63,593 bases of DNA, filler included, from Aduncisulcus paluster (GCA_024181965.1; 8 parts of 8 records of this genome joined end to end with filler, not necessarily neighbours in it); one strand, 5' to 3'; shown: positions 24,301-35,689, counted from the first letter of the whole stretch. Numbers and translations are program-made. The notes: generated by a model from the letters alone, not told the origin.

Positions 24301-26166
24301 GCTTATAGCCGAGGTGTTTCTGAGGAGTTCTGGAGGAGCGTTATATCTCGGATCCACCTCAAAGTGTCTGCAATGAGTGAGGCCGAGAAGCGTCAGAGTG
24401 GAGTGGCTGATATATTGCCACTCTTCTCTATTCTTTCATCGCCAGAACCAATGGATGTGGTCGACTCACTCTGTGAAACTGGTGAACGTGGATTGGCAAG
24501 GGCTTATGTATGGTCTCTCGATGAAATATCAAAATCAACACCCAGAAAGACGGATAGATGTGCCGTTCCCATTATCAAGAAGGATGTTGCTGACAGACAC
24601 AAAACAGAGTCAAAACCAATGATGCTTTCCCCGCAACTGCTAAAATCCTCGAAATCTACGACTTCTTTGTTCACACTCAGTGATCAACCTCCCACTCTGC
24701 TCTCTCTTTCTGTTGCTTTCTCTGCCTGCCTATCGTCATTTTCTAGAACTGAATTGCTCTTTTCTGCTGCTCATCTTGCGAGTGTGAATGAATTCCTTCT
24801 ATCTCAGCACGTGCTTACAATTTCAGATAACCTTATATCTGCATTGATGGTCCATGAAAAGCGTTCAGAACGACTTCGGAGATCCATTTCTTCAGATGAG
24901 AATGGAATTGCTGAGAATTCTGCCTATGGTATTGAGTGTGACAAAGTTCTTTCCCAACCGCTCGTCTCATCAAAGTTCTCAGTTGAAGCCAATATTCTGT
25001 CGTTATTAGTTGGATCTTGTCAGAGCGCCCCTTATCTTATTCCTTCTGCCTGCCCTTATGCGTCCATTGCTATCGAATGTGAACGCCTCGGAAAACGAGA
25101 GCTGGCTTATCGAATGGCACTCTGTGCAGATGAATACCAAGAACAGATTGTTAAGGAGCGTTCCGATGAGATAAAAGATAAAAGTGATGTGGCCTCAAAA
25201 ACCAAATTGGGATCGTTTGGGGATGGTAGTGATATTTCATGTGGTTCTGAATTCCCTTCGACTGCCTTGATGATCAGTGTTCGTGCCATAGCAAGGGGGG
25301 GTAAAGGTATATATGAAAGAGTTGTGCTTGGAGCTGGATATTCGATTGCTGTAGCCTCTGAACCTCAATATATCCGCCCTAAAATGAACAAAAAACCTCT
25401 CCGTGAAGGTACTCTTGAGGCTTCTGAAGTAGATGTTAGTTCCATTATTAGTTTGGTCTGCTGTGGGAAAATACCTGAGGCCATTTGTCTTCTTTCCGAC
25501 TGTACTTGGGAACTCCTTGGGAAATGGGAGAATGATATGGTTTTGAGTTATGGTGAAAGCGTCTTTAATGGACCCTGGATCGATGATTCATCCCCTTCCC
25601 CATATGATATTCATTACTTTGACCCCATGGGACTCAATGTGTCCCGTATCCTTACCATGTTCATGATTTTCCAAAATATCTTATCCGATCCTGTTATTTT
25701 CAGCGCTCTAAACACTGTACATGTCCACCATTTTTGTGTGGCTAATGATATCTTCGCCCTGATGCACACCCATAACACCCAGCAACACCACGACGCTACA
25801 ATTCTTGGTTATACCCTTAAGCATTTTGTTAATATTCATAAGAAATCCGAATCGAAGGATTATACATTGCCATTATCCGTTCCAGCATGTGAATGGATGG
25901 CCTATAAATCTGTTGAAGGTGTGGATAAGGTTCTCTGGGAAGCTTGGGGAGGTAAAGGAACCTGGCAACCAATCTCATCTCCCCTGAAAATGAGAGAGAA
26001 GACAAATAGGAGGGAAATGATAATAGAATTTACTAAATTGCTCCACTCATCAATGTCTTCATCTGAGAAGGAATACATGTGTAAATTTGAATCCGTAATT
26101 TATCCAAGGAAGATATTCCAACGTGTGTGGAAAAGATGGTGTTCCATTCCACCCAATATGATATAG
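21322..26166 (+). CDS. Large WD40-repeat protein, WDR17-like
   Basis: Many WD-type repeats; IEEYCEQCIHNNQFLDAMAYSRGVSEEFW resembles the conserved WDR17 C-terminal block. Confidence 0.7.
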   Translation: MLGSLSVTKSILPGVQAKYTTSVSACTNRFVQTSSTFCYVFDYSTADKEPTLIASITGKKKQIIIGAAISSSTPDVVAISFLNPCQVCVYSLNLPYKTPKGLFQLNLNPDDYSYDYVRVLAFHETKNYLYLGTQNGRVLHINTDQYLRKDKKHERSAHIIFSTDGAITSLCVDKTTFGAVVGTASCKAIFIAPESEFYEHAGNMKKLAEHKKMFPSVDKEFWNSVVLLKEGDDERNHCPPDDSYPVVSSVAIDPVSNGMVVVATSAGTLYLYDMYAAARDAASSITSVSVSPLTSFRRGPSGQTSICFSVGEVGCFYVCDVSVGVIRKYTPSSPSPLSLAKLADCGIFSCICVCGNRMLLCCIDGRIRIIDMVSTVCVHEGNPAHTHPPLAFTSLESGEHLFSCGMDGTVRQWSHSLENTHSMFLHGSGKASGGRVVSGMLPPSMNSHATCMAVSSGERVQGKTSGVHRDTVSGMMVVGKGNGEVLLYDLQTKHVMGLIGQMKGSCVSVDINKKTIHLVAVSDNTGEVSIFRIKEHTGVVLGSDVKLENIGISVKPVPKIEFKNISTMNDTISSQYGYSFREMPSPPSEVGSVDPSNVTYAGLCHLSFSSCGGWLFLSSGPFVKAVNCDGWKSETLKSNIGELYCLAAHPRGKIFAVGGRRGVSIYVINDSNHLVRIHTFAMTSTATCIYFHPHFDCVLLSGDENGVVSVLDVKEKRPIVRTQVHKSIVIGITVLSDSPYSLYTASTDGVILRLSMQGIRGISNALRLGCYDFLDSLHCFLYGKDKDGKKVDLFGGSKDSVFSPETIMSTLGIVEEDKKLIDHLIEGSTTLGAASVPTESLPWLPHFVIPHPNICDRLFKYVSGSKSKGSPSSHASSDGSMINIDAIFCQLLQFISPATQPLANNAFSPFVESGEIVKHSHARVLAVDLARKIVENKKKKRLKLVQGEKESLARMSIDRQSPLRSALALLGECGEIEEYCEQCIHNNQFLDAMAYSRGVSEEFWRSVISRIHLKVSAMSEAEKRQSGVADILPLFSILSSPEPMDVVDSLCETGERGLARAYVWSLDEISKSTPRKTDRCAVPIIKKDVADRHKTESKPMMLSPQLLKSSKSTTSLFTLSDQPPTLLSLSVAFSACLSSFSRTELLFSAAHLASVNEFLLSQHVLTISDNLISALMVHEKRSERLRRSISSDENGIAENSAYGIECDKVLSQPLVSSKFSVEANILSLLVGSCQSAPYLIPSACPYASIAIECERLGKRELAYRMALCADEYQEQIVKERSDEIKDKSDVASKTKLGSFGDGSDISCGSEFPSTALMISVRAIARGGKGIYERVVLGAGYSIAVASEPQYIRPKMNKKPLREGTLEASEVDVSSIISLVCCGKIPEAICLLSDCTWELLGKWENDMVLSYGESVFNGPWIDDSSPSPYDIHYFDPMGLNVSRILTMFMIFQNILSDPVIFSALNTVHVHHFCVANDIFALMHTHNTQQHHDATILGYTLKHFVNIHKKSESKDYTLPLSVPACEWMAYKSVEGVDKVLWEAWGGKGTWQPISSPLKMREKTNRREMIIEFTKLLHSSMSSSEKEYMCKFESVIYPRKIFQRVWKRWCSIPPNMI

Positions 26167-26263
26167 GATTGTTTATATTTATCTCTCAAAATCTAAATAT
26201 AGATACATATGAAGACAAACAACAGTATAAATCCACAAATAAACCAGTGAATCATTTGATGGT

Positions 26264-29200
26264 CTATTTGTGACCTTCTGTCTGTCCAAAGGTGAAGGCA
26301 ATACTTGAAAGGAGGTTTCGACGCTTTCGAAGTGAGAGAAGGATTGGAAATACCTGGAAAAGAGCAAATCCGAGAACGAATAGACTTGACAAGATAGTTG
26401 AAAGCACATAATACATATTTGATGTATTGATAATGTGATTAAGTTCGGAATGTGAATAATAATGATTCATGCTGAAAGTATCTTGAACAATTGGGAAGAT
26501 ATACCACAATTTCAAGAAGTCAGTATTGCTATATGTCAACATTTGGGATAGTTCTGTGATATTTTGGATGCTAATCAAAGTGGCGTCAAGCATATGATAG
26601 AATCCTGACTGGACCAAAGCAGTATAATCTGTTGGAACACTGGCAACACACTCATCGTGAGACAAGAGATGTCCATCCTCGAGTGAGAAAAGGACACACG
26701 AACCCTCAAATACGAGGGAATCGTTGTTTATAAGTTCCCAACTTCGAATGTTTTCCAACAGATCACGGACAACATCAAGATTATCAACCAAGGCATCCTT
26801 CATGCCTAAGTAATCTCCCATCTGATTCAATTGTGGAGAAGCCAACCTAAAGATCATTGTAGACATGAATAGAAGGGTAGAATAAGCATCATCCAGCTCA
26901 TTTACCATCTCCCAGTATTTGTGGACCTGATTAGATTTATGCCAAGAGAGAAGAGCAGCCGTTACGACCAAAATAATAGCAAGAATACCAAAGAAAAGTG
27001 TAAGATGAATGCGATTACGTTTCCAGGAGAACACTTTCGAGTTCTTATCAACGGTAACCTTATTTCCCTTTTTCCGATATGCCATAATTTTCTGTGAACG
27101 ATCATCTCGAACATACGTTGTAACCTGAGACTCAGATTCGTCATCGTTTGTGAGAGCAGTGAGACTATGGTGCAAATTAAGATCAAGGGAGTTCTGGATC
27201 CACATTACAAAATACACACAAAAGATGAACAAAAATGCTCCGGCAGTTACATATAACACCAAAACCAGGATATATATAGTCGAATATTCACTATCCATCA
27301 AATCAGAAAACCCAGTAATAACGATATCATTGAGTTTCTCAAGAATCTGTGTAATATCATCTCGATAGAACATCATTTTGTCATCGTGGCATAAATGCTT
27401 GGCCAATAAGAGAGCATCAGCAGCATCGAGAGCACAATCACCTTCACGGGTGGAATACAGGGCTTCTCTATTTGGAAATAGTTGTTCATCTGCTTTATAA
27501 TCCTCTGATTCCTCGTAATTCCAGTCAAATAACTCAGGTGCAAGTGAAGAGTCAACATTTCCAATTTCAAAATCAGCAGAACAAGAAGTAATAACGAGGG
27601 TGATCTTGAGTTGCTNNNNNNNNNNNNNNNNNNNNGCTTCTCTATTTGGAAATAGTTGTTCATCTGCTTTATAATCCTCTGATTCCTCGTAATTCCAGTC
27701 AAATAACTCAGGTGCAAGTGAAGAGTCAACATTTCCAATTTCAAAATCAGCAGAACAAGAAGTAATAACGAGGGTGATCTTGAGTTGCTCCATTATTGTA
27801 TCAATGTGGCTGAAAATATCATTAACCAGCGTATTCACGGTGGACATGGAAAGAATCTCAAACGTATCGGAATCATCGATATCCTGGATAGCCTGCCATT
27901 CGTTCTCAATTTGTTCACGACGTCTTTCAACAACATACATCGCAGAGAGGGAGTTTTCAATGGTGGATAGCCTAAAATCTGCGACAAGATGGTTAAGTTC
28001 GGTGTCAAATTGCATTAGTTCAGCTTCTAAGAGAGAGAGGGAGTTAGATACGGCATAAACAACGTTTTTAACAGGATTTGAATCATCGGATAGCATATCA
28101 TTGACAAGATGTGTATGGTTTCCAAGTGCACAAGTTGCAATAATACTTGATATGATAATAAACAACGAAAATCCCATCAGCCAGAAGCCTGAGCTTGACA
28201 CTGAACATTTAACATCTGAAATTCCAGGATATTGGGAGAAGAAAGTGATCGAAAATCCCAACCAAATCAAAGTAAAAATAACTAGAGAACTAAGCAAGAA
28301 AACGATGGTGCTTCTCTTTTGGGCATAAAAGTTCAAAAAGTTTGATGAATAAATTAATCCTCCATCCTCGGATTCCTCAATGTTATTTTCGAAATTCATA
28401 ATAATATCGTATGAGTTATGCATATTAATTCTCACATAACTGTTGTTGCATAATCCCCAGGCAAGTTCTTGTTTTGCCAGACGCTCTTCTTCAGAGTCGA
28501 AAGAAGTATCTTCCTCACGAGTAGAATATATATAATCGCCAGAATCCACAATGAAAAACTCAGACATTGCGGTATCACTGATATCCCAGTCAACATAGTC
28601 AAAGTAATCCAAATCAATATCATGGACAGCTCCAGATATAACAGAACTAACTGAATACAGATAACTATTTCGTATGCTATTGGAAGCTACACGGTACAGG
28701 GTGACAAGATGAGGACTATAACCATAAGACTTGTCATCATAATAGTTTGTAAGGTAACTCACAGACTCTGAGGAACAATTGAGGGAATCAATACAGAAAT
28801 AATCGCTGGAAGAAAGATAGTCAATCAAAGTGTCAACATTGTCTTCATAATCATTACCATAGAGGGCTAATCTCGAACAATGGGCAGAGGCTAGGCTTTG
28901 TTTCTCAAACTGCGAAAATAAAACTCGCGTCACATTGTTTTGGAATGTTGGAAGGAGATTGATATTTTGGTAGAAATAGTTAACAATCGCAGCATGATAA
29001 GCAATGGAGATTAAAATCACAGTGATAATAAACAGAATAATTAGTTTGGTAATCTGGAAACAAAGGAAAGGAGAAATGGGATTTTTGCCAACAAAATTGT
29101 TCAAAAACAACCTTTGAATACAAGAACCACCTGTTTTCTCAGTATTTGACTCATCCGAAAAGACTCCTAATTGTTGTAACGACCTGTTTGCATCCAAATT

Positions 29201-32200
29201 CTTCGCGTCTCCACTTGGTTTGTCATTCTCTTGATCGGAAACGGAGCCATGCTTCATGAAAAACTGGTAGGCGTCTTTGGGCTGGTTTGAGCTATTCCTG
29301 ACAGCTGTTTCCCGACTCTCTAGAAGATCTCTCCTGGCCCGTAACACTTCTCTCTCACTCTCCTCTCCAACTGTGTGGATGTCAACGTCACTAGAGTCAT
29401 CATCATGTGGGGAAAAGCCGCAGTATGAAAGGGAATTCATGATTGGAGATTGGAGACCAGATGGGAACGATGATACTGAACCTCCACCGGGTCCGGAGAG
29501 ACTTCGAATTGAACGCTCTTGCTCAGATTTCCCACACGATGAAGTACGAGATCCAAATTCGGATTGTTTGATGATCACCTGTGACCTCCCATCCCGATCG
29601 ATACTTGATCTATCTGTAGCATCAAGAGAGTGAGATTTCCTTGTAAATCTATCGGTTGCCGCAGACAAGCTGGGATTCAGAAGCACAGGTGGATTGGGAA
29701 GGAAGAGAAGGTTTTTAGAAATGATAGCATGTTGCTGTCCGCGATGAGCCTGTGTCACTCTTCGTTCATCACCCACAGGAGGTTGGAATACGGAATGATG
29801 GTGTTGGTGTGAGTGAGCCTTTTTATGGAATAAACGGGCGGAATCAACAAAACTGTCACTTCGGGCACTTGGAAGAGGCTTGTCACTGAATAAATAACAA
29901 TAAAGACACAGATCTTTGTTATCCTCGATATCTTTACCTGTTCCTCCCACAGATTGGTCCCAAGAAGAGCAAAGATGGCTCTTGATAGAAAGAATCTCCT
30001 CAATTCGTGCTCTTGAATCTGCTGGAATGTTATATAGCCAGGCAAGAAGAGCAATTGAATGTTTTTCATAGCGTCTCAGTTCTCCGATGGTAGACAATGT
30101 CACAATTACAATCACCAAGATACCCATTGATGCTGTTAACATGATAATACAGATGTGCCACCGTAGTATTCCTTCCATACGAGCGGATAATCCGGCTCGA
30201 AACTCAAGACTTGAGAGAATCACCTCTCTGGAATTCATTTTCATGTCGACAAAGGACAAAGAATCGTTCAAGGACGTCAATTCATAGGTTGGATCTTCAA
30301 TTTGAGCAGCAGTTTCTGTTTCAATGTGGTCAAGAGTACTATAAAACGAGTCTGCCATGCTCATGAAGAGAGACAAGAGGGAAACAGGGTGGATTTCAGG
30401 TTCATATGGGAGAAGATTGGATCCCACGGAGACATTTGGCTTGATTGCTGAGAAGAATAGTTCATATAAGCTTACATAGATACCTGGTGAATCATTAATC
30501 GAGCTTGATGTGGCAAATGACAAATTCTTGGTTACAAAACTATTGTTGATTGACGNNNNNNNNNNNNNNNNNNNNTCTTCAATTTGAGCAGCAGTTTCTG
30601 TTTCAATGTGGTCAAGAGTACTATAAAACGAGTCTGCCATGCTCATGAAGAGAGACAAGAGGGAAACAGGGTGGATTTCAGGTTCATATGGGAGAAGATT
30701 GGATCCCACGGAGACATTTGGCTTGATTGCTGAGAAGAATAGTTCATATAAGCTTACATAGATACCTGGTGAATCATTAATCGAGCTTGATGTGGCAAAT
30801 GACAAATTCTTGGTTACAAAACTATTGTTGATTGACGATATAAGAGACACTATCGCTCTTTTAAAGAACTGAAGGTCTGAATCCATTGCCTCGGAGTGGA
30901 TTGATAAATCAGATGTCCATATGGTTGAACTATCAAACAATCCCGTGATTTCTTCGTTCTTTGCGTCGATTACAATATCCATTCCGACAGAAGAAAATAT
31001 CAGGGACATGGTCGAAATATCGGTGAGGGAAAGAAAACTGTTGATGTTGAATAGTTGAATGAGTGATTTATAGATAGGGGAAAAGAATAAAAGCAAAAAT
31101 ACAACAATAACTGCCACAATCAAGGCTATAATAATGGTCGTTGACACGGCCAACAGAGAACGAGGCTTAAAAGTGTTGAAAGAATACGAGGCGACTTTTG
31201 TGTTGGATATTGAATCAAGAAGTTTTGGAGATGGATTTCCATTGCTGCTCATTAAATATCCACAATAAACATCGAACTCAGCCTCAAACTGATCAAATTC
31301 ATCCTCTTCCTCACTCATTTCCTGTCCAGAAACATCCCTGCCCTTCTTACTGGGGGATAGTGCCATATCAGACGCCTGGGTTCTTAATTTTTTCATGGCG
31401 GATACACTATTACCACTAATGGATGAAGATCTGTTTACAATCTCCTTCTTGAAATGCTGTGAATACAATGAGTTACTTCTCTTCAAGCCTCCGTATCCTG
31501 GTTTCTTGTACATCCTCCTCTCTACGTCGGCCTGTTTCAACTTAGCAGGCGTTGTCAAACTTTTTTTCCTCTCTTTTTCCCACCAGGATTCCTTCGAGTG
31601 GGTGTTTTTCTGTCCTGATTCCCTTGATATCTTGGCAAGCATCAGAAGCCGCCCTTCCAATGTTTCATCATTCAGTACTTCCAAGGCAAATCGACTGAAA
31701 CATAGAAGAATGAATGAAAGAGGAGTGAAAAGTTCGTGGGGAGGAAGACGAAGGTTGGAGGGCGGTGGAATCAAAGTGTTGTCAACATCAGACTGTCCCG
31801 AAGGTTCTGATGATAGTGATTTGATCGCCTTCACATCAATTTGGGGGACACCAAGAGCATTATTGCCCGAAGCTAAAGGTCGGCTTTGAATCGGATTCTC
31901 ACTGCCTGCTGGAGGAATGGTGGCAATGGTCTTTCCCTTTTTCGCGTGATAGTTTCTCTCGGCATCCACTGGTTCCTTGTCTCCCATCACACAGGGACAA
32001 CGATCATCCCCTTGGAAATTAAGCCTTCCAGATGTGATATTGGGTCCGTTGGTGATCACATTGTTTTGCTGAGACCTCCATTTCATCTTCTTCAAGCGGT
32101 CAAAGTGAATTAAAAGATACTTAAAGAACTTCATGGCTCGCATTCTATGAAAAGATATGATGTAAAAGAGAGAAAAGAGAGCCTCGTCATCCTCTTCGTG

Positions 32201-35200
32201 CAATAACAACAGTAAATGCTGCCTTGTCTTCCAATCGCTGACCAGGGCACTCGTGAAGGCATAGTCCAACTCCATCAGGAAACTCTGACCGGCGAGACTA
32301 CGATCGTGTGTGGAGTGAACAAGAGAATGCATTTTATCCACGTGCAATATGATGCCAGTGGAGGGGTCAATGGCACGGGAAGCATTATTAGGATGAAGTT
32401 GTCGGTTTAAGGTTGTTGAAGCCATCGTAGGACCTGGAAATAAAGTCTTATCAACATCAAATGTATTGAATTCATAGTTATTGGGTGTTAGTTGAGTGGA
32501 AAAAGGGTTGGAATAATCGGCATTGCCGTACTTTAGCGAATGTGTGTGATGCATCAGATTGTCCCCACTCATGAATGGGACCAGAATACTCATAATCATC
32601 ACCTTTGTACTAAAAGGTATCGATATTTGGGAAGATTGAGCAACATCCATTCCCAATATCGCTCGCAGTTCCATCTCAGACTCTTTTACGCAGAAGAAAA
32701 GCATCGCCAGACACCATACGAGTCGCAACCGTGCATCAGAAAAGCTGAATGATTGGTTGATGGCATAGATATAGAATGCAGCGAGTTCAGTATTGTTAAA
32801 AGTTGTGGAATCACTCATTTGATTATTTGTGAACAAAAAGATGAAAGCTTGTTCTTCCTGCCACCTGCTTTGAAGGAGGCCCCGATGACTGAGATAGGAG
32901 CAAAATAATGAGCTTGAGAAGAAGCTAAAATCAATACAAGAGAAAGATAATGACAGTAAGTCTTTGTCGGAGAGGGTATCGACAGAAGAGATGGAGGTGA
33001 GCTCCCCAACAGACTTGGACTTTCCGTCCTCGCCGTTGAGTTCCTTCTTGTTCCCATCAAAGGAATCCATGGAGGAACCTATTGTCCTCGAGAGAGATGG
33101 GTGAGATGCCTGTGAGAGCACTATTGTACTGTCGGTGCCACTGTGACTCTTCCTCCTGGCAAAAAACTTGGAGAGACGAGTGCCATTCCCAAATGTCTCG
33201 TCACTCGTCGAGCTCTCCATGGAATCATCATCCGCACGGGAATGTCCTTCAGACACAGCATCTCCGTTTTCATCGCTCACACTCTCCATGCCACTCTCCT
33301 CGTCTCGGGGCCTATTTGAAGGGTTAAAGCACATTCCAGCTTGTGACTTTGTTGTCACGATAAGAGTTGGGCAGAGAAGAACTTTCACAGGATGAGAGCG
33401 ATAGAGAGAACGGCGCTGAATGCCTCGATGTGGCTGATCCTGAGACATAGATTCCACAGGGTGGTCTGTAAATGCAGAGAAAGAAGGAGTTCGATCGTGA
33501 GACATTGATGGGACATTCATAAACCTATCAAAGGATATTGGAGCATCAGAGGCTTGTCCATGAGGGTGTGGCGAGGGATTATCAACCACACGATCAACGT
33601 AAGTCAAGACCCGCTTCTTTCGAATGTCACTGCGATCGTTATAGTCAACAACATACACATCCATTTTACCTTCTCCTATGTGTCTGTCAATGCCATGTCC
33701 TCTTGTGATGGGAAGACTCCTTGAGCAAGATGGGCTACCATGGAAATACTCACCGTCTCTATTTTGGGACACCGGTACCGTAGGAGAATCGGTGTGGTGA
33801 ACTGTATATTGTGCACCTTTCTCCTGATCAACATCCAACCATGGAGCTCCCTCACTGTGGATTCCGTGTCCGATCAATGACGGTGAATGAGATGCCACGG
33901 GAACTCTTGTAGATGATGAAATAGCCTGTCCAGGAGCACCAAAGGTACCATCGGTGCCTTTGTCTCGCCCAGACTCAAAGGAAGAGGAATGACGTGGGAG
34001 AGGAGCATGAAGACCAAGATCAAAGGGACCACCAACAGTCATCCCTGGCATTACATCACGGAAAGTCCTGAAGTTGGAGTGGTTATTCACGTTGACACGA
34101 ATCCCTCGTTCAATACGAACTTCCATTCCCCTCTTCTCACTCTCTTCAACAATAAACCTGAGAATTTTTCGCTTAACTCTGACTAACACTCGGCTACGAC
34201 GCCAGTAGCATAATTTGTATGAGATAAAATAAGAGAGAAGGATGATGGCAACATTGACAGCCATATCGAAATATTTGTAAGCTTTTGTCCAAGGTGTACA
34301 GGGGTTTAACCCATGAAAGACATCCCAAAAATCACGAGCTTGTTGAACAAATACCAAAACAAAGCAAGTCACCCAAAGAGCAACGTGATAAGCATTGCTC
34401 TTTATGAGATAATGTGGCTGACGGATAACACCCCAAATAATCATAAATACGCAGACAATAGCACATAGATATCTAAAAATAGAAATATGAGTACTAAGAC
34501 ATTGCCGGAAAAAACATAATATGGCTACAACAAGAAAAGAAGCAGAAAAATATCGCGAATAAATCTTTGATTCGGTATTTACGTTCACTAGTGACAGATT
34601 TGTCATTATTAGGGTTACCAATGACGTAATATAACATATATATAATCCCATTATAATGGCTATTGTTGCACAGAAGATTGAGAGAGTCGATGAACATGTT
34701 GGATCATTTGATCTTGAACTAACAACAACAGTAGCCGATTTCTCTTCAATTAAATGATTAATTGACGCAGTATCTGAATAAATTTGTTCCGAAATATCAT
34801 CAACGGATCTGGATATGCGCTCTGGAAAATATGAAAATGAGGATCGAGGTTGAAATGAAGTTTCAGAAAGTAAAGTTGTATATTCATCAAATAAATCATC
34901 AATATCTTCTTCTTCTTTAACAAAAACAGGTAAAAAATCATAAACAAGAAGAGATTGGGTCTCATCAAGAAATGGTGGAGAATCGGGATCAAATCTCGTA
35001 TAAATGGACTCATTGGGCGATTGAATCATTAAATTTACATCGTTTGTCAAATCACATGACACCATAGCTCCGAATAAACGGCATAGTGGAACAAAAAACA
35101 AACCTTGCAACAGAATAAGAAATATGAGAATGAATTTGATAACTATCTGATTCTTAGATGTGTTATAATTTGTATAACGTTGAGAAATTACATAATTTTG

Positions 35201-35482
35201 TGATAGTCGATGTTGCAAGAACAAAATGAAGGTAACGAACAGAAGTATCCCTAAAGTAAAAATTACAACGGTAATAAGATTATTGAAATTAATATTAGCC
35301 CATAATCCACGCAATTGAAATAAAGATGATAAAAAATTTAAAAAAGGAGTACTCTCGTTATAGCTATCAGATATAAGATAGGTTACCTGCAAGAAAAAGA
35401 ACAAATATAAAATATGAAATCCTTTTACCTTCTTAGCGGGTTCAATCAGATCGTATAGAACTCCAATGAAGCCAGAAAACAT
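26264..35482 (-). CDS. Giant polytopic membrane protein, TmcB/TmcC-like architecture
   Basis: About 3000-aa ORF with an N-terminal multi-TM block (IRQPHYLIKSN) and repeated TM-pair/extracellular modules. First ATG 35482. Two 20-N gaps carry duplicated overlaps. Confidence 0.55.
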   Translation of the reverse strand: MFSGFIGVLYDLIEPAKKVKGFHILYLFFFLQVTYLISDSYNESTPFLNFLSSLFQLRGLWANINFNNLITVVIFTLGILLFVTFILFLQHRLSQNYVISQRYTNYNTSKNQIVIKFILIFLILLQGLFFVPLCRLFGAMVSCDLTNDVNLMIQSPNESIYTRFDPDSPPFLDETQSLLVYDFLPVFVKEEEDIDDLFDEYTTLLSETSFQPRSSFSYFPERISRSVDDISEQIYSDTASINHLIEEKSATVVVSSRSNDPTCSSTLSIFCATIAIIMGLYICYITSLVTLIMTNLSLVNVNTESKIYSRYFSASFLVVAILCFFRQCLSTHISIFRYLCAIVCVFMIIWGVIRQPHYLIKSNAYHVALWVTCFVLVFVQQARDFWDVFHGLNPCTPWTKAYKYFDMAVNVAIILLSYFISYKLCYWRRSRVLVRVKRKILRFIVEESEKRGMEVRIERGIRVNVNNHSNFRTFRDVMPGMTVGGPFDLGLHAPLPRHSSSFESGRDKGTDGTFGAPGQAISSSTRVPVASHSPSLIGHGIHSEGAPWLDVDQEKGAQYTVHHTDSPTVPVSQNRDGEYFHGSPSCSRSLPITRGHGIDRHIGEGKMDVYVVDYNDRSDIRKKRVLTYVDRVVDNPSPHPHGQASDAPISFDRFMNVPSMSHDRTPSFSAFTDHPVESMSQDQPHRGIQRRSLYRSHPVKVLLCPTLIVTTKSQAGMCFNPSNRPRDEESGMESVSDENGDAVSEGHSRADDDSMESSTSDETFGNGTRLSKFFARRKSHSGTDSTIVLSQASHPSLSRTIGSSMDSFDGNKKELNGEDGKSKSVGELTSISSVDTLSDKDLLSLSFSCIDFSFFSSSLFCSYLSHRGLLQSRWQEEQAFIFLFTNNQMSDSTTFNNTELAAFYIYAINQSFSFSDARLRLVWCLAMLFFCVKESEMELRAILGMDVAQSSQISIPFSTKVMIMSILVPFMSGDNLMHHTHSLKYGNADYSNPFSTQLTPNNYEFNTFDVDKTLFPGPTMASTTLNRQLHPNNASRAIDPSTGIILHVDKMHSLVHSTHDRSLAGQSFLMELDYAFTSALVSDWKTRQHLLLLLHEEDDEALFSLFYIISFHRMRAMKFFKYLLIHFDRLKKMKWRSQQNNVITNGPNITSGRLNFQGDDRCPCVMGDKEPVDAERNYHAKKGKTIATIPPAGSENPIQSRPLASGNNALGVPQIDVKAIKSLSSEPSGQSDVDNTLIPPPSNLRLPPHELFTPLSFILLCFSRFALEVLNDETLEGRLLMLAKISRESGQKNTHSKESWWEKERKKSLTTPAKLKQADVERRMYKKPGYGGLKRSNSLYSQHFKKEIVNRSSSISGNSVSAMKKLRTQASDMALSPSKKGRDVSGQEMSEEEDEFDQFEAEFDVYCGYLMSSNGNPSPKLLDSISNTKVASYSFNTFKPRSLLAVSTTIIIALIVAVIVVFLLLFFSPIYKSLIQLFNINSFLSLTDISTMSLIFSSVGMDIVIDAKNEEITGLFDSSTIWTSDLSIHSEAMDSDLQFFKRAIVSLISSINNSFVTKNLSFATSSSINDSPGIYVSLYELFFSAIKPNVSVGSNLLPYEPEIHPVSLLSLFMSMADSFYSTLDHIETETAAQIEXXXXXXXXSINNSFVTKNLSFATSSSINDSPGIYVSLYELFFSAIKPNVSVGSNLLPYEPEIHPVSLLSLFMSMADSFYSTLDHIETETAAQIEDPTYELTSLNDSLSFVDMKMNSREVILSSLEFRAGLSARMEGILRWHICIIMLTASMGILVIVIVTLSTIGELRRYEKHSIALLAWLYNIPADSRARIEEILSIKSHLCSSWDQSVGGTGKDIEDNKDLCLYCYLFSDKPLPSARSDSFVDSARLFHKKAHSHQHHHSVFQPPVGDERRVTQAHRGQQHAIISKNLLFLPNPPVLLNPSLSAATDRFTRKSHSLDATDRSSIDRDGRSQVIIKQSEFGSRTSSCGKSEQERSIRSLSGPGGGSVSSFPSGLQSPIMNSLSYCGFSPHDDDSSDVDIHTVGEESEREVLRARRDLLESRETAVRNSSNQPKDAYQFFMKHGSVSDQENDKPSGDAKNLDANRSLQQLGVFSDESNTEKTGGSCIQRLFLNNFVGKNPISPFLCFQITKLIILFIITVILISIAYHAAIVNYFYQNINLLPTFQNNVTRVLFSQFEKQSLASAHCSRLALYGNDYEDNVDTLIDYLSSSDYFCIDSLNCSSESVSYLTNYYDDKSYGYSPHLVTLYRVASNSIRNSYLYSVSSVISGAVHDIDLDYFDYVDWDISDTAMSEFFIVDSGDYIYSTREEDTSFDSEEERLAKQELAWGLCNNSYVRINMHNSYDIIMNFENNIEESEDGGLIYSSNFLNFYAQKRSTIVFLLSSLVIFTLIWLGFSITFFSQYPGISDVKCSVSSSGFWLMGFSLFIIISSIIATCALGNHTHLVNDMLSDDSNPVKNVVYAVSNSLSLLEAELMQFDTELNHLVADFRLSTIENSLSAMYVVERRREQIENEWQAIQDIDDSDTFEILSMSTVNTLVNDIFSHIDTIMEQLKITLVITSCSADFEIGNVDSSLAPELFDWNYEESEDYKADEQLFPNREXXXXXXXXQLKITLVITSCSADFEIGNVDSSLAPELFDWNYEESEDYKADEQLFPNREALYSTREGDCALDAADALLLAKHLCHDDKMMFYRDDITQILEKLNDIVITGFSDLMDSEYSTIYILVLVLYVTAGAFLFIFCVYFVMWIQNSLDLNLHHSLTALTNDDESESQVTTYVRDDRSQKIMAYRKKGNKVTVDKNSKVFSWKRNRIHLTLFFGILAIILVVTAALLSWHKSNQVHKYWEMVNELDDAYSTLLFMSTMIFRLASPQLNQMGDYLGMKDALVDNLDVVRDLLENIRSWELINNDSLVFEGSCVLFSLEDGHLLSHDECVASVPTDYTALVQSGFYHMLDATLISIQNITELSQMLTYSNTDFLKLWYIFPIVQDTFSMNHYYSHSELNHIINTSNMYYVLSTILSSLFVLGFALFQVFPILLSLRKRRNLLSSIAFTFGQTEGHK

Positions 35483-35689
35483 TATTAAGAACAAGAAAGC
35501 GAAAAAAAAAATCGAATGGGCCAAACGGATTCATTCGAGCAAAAACCCAGCCTTAGCCCATCCAATAATTTTATTAAAGTTTGTTAGTAAAGTGTTATTC
35601 CATTTTTTCATCCGAAAGATACCTGTTTTAACTCAAAAAATATTTTTTTGAAAAACTTAAGTTGGAGAAGGATTCAAAATCAGAATGAA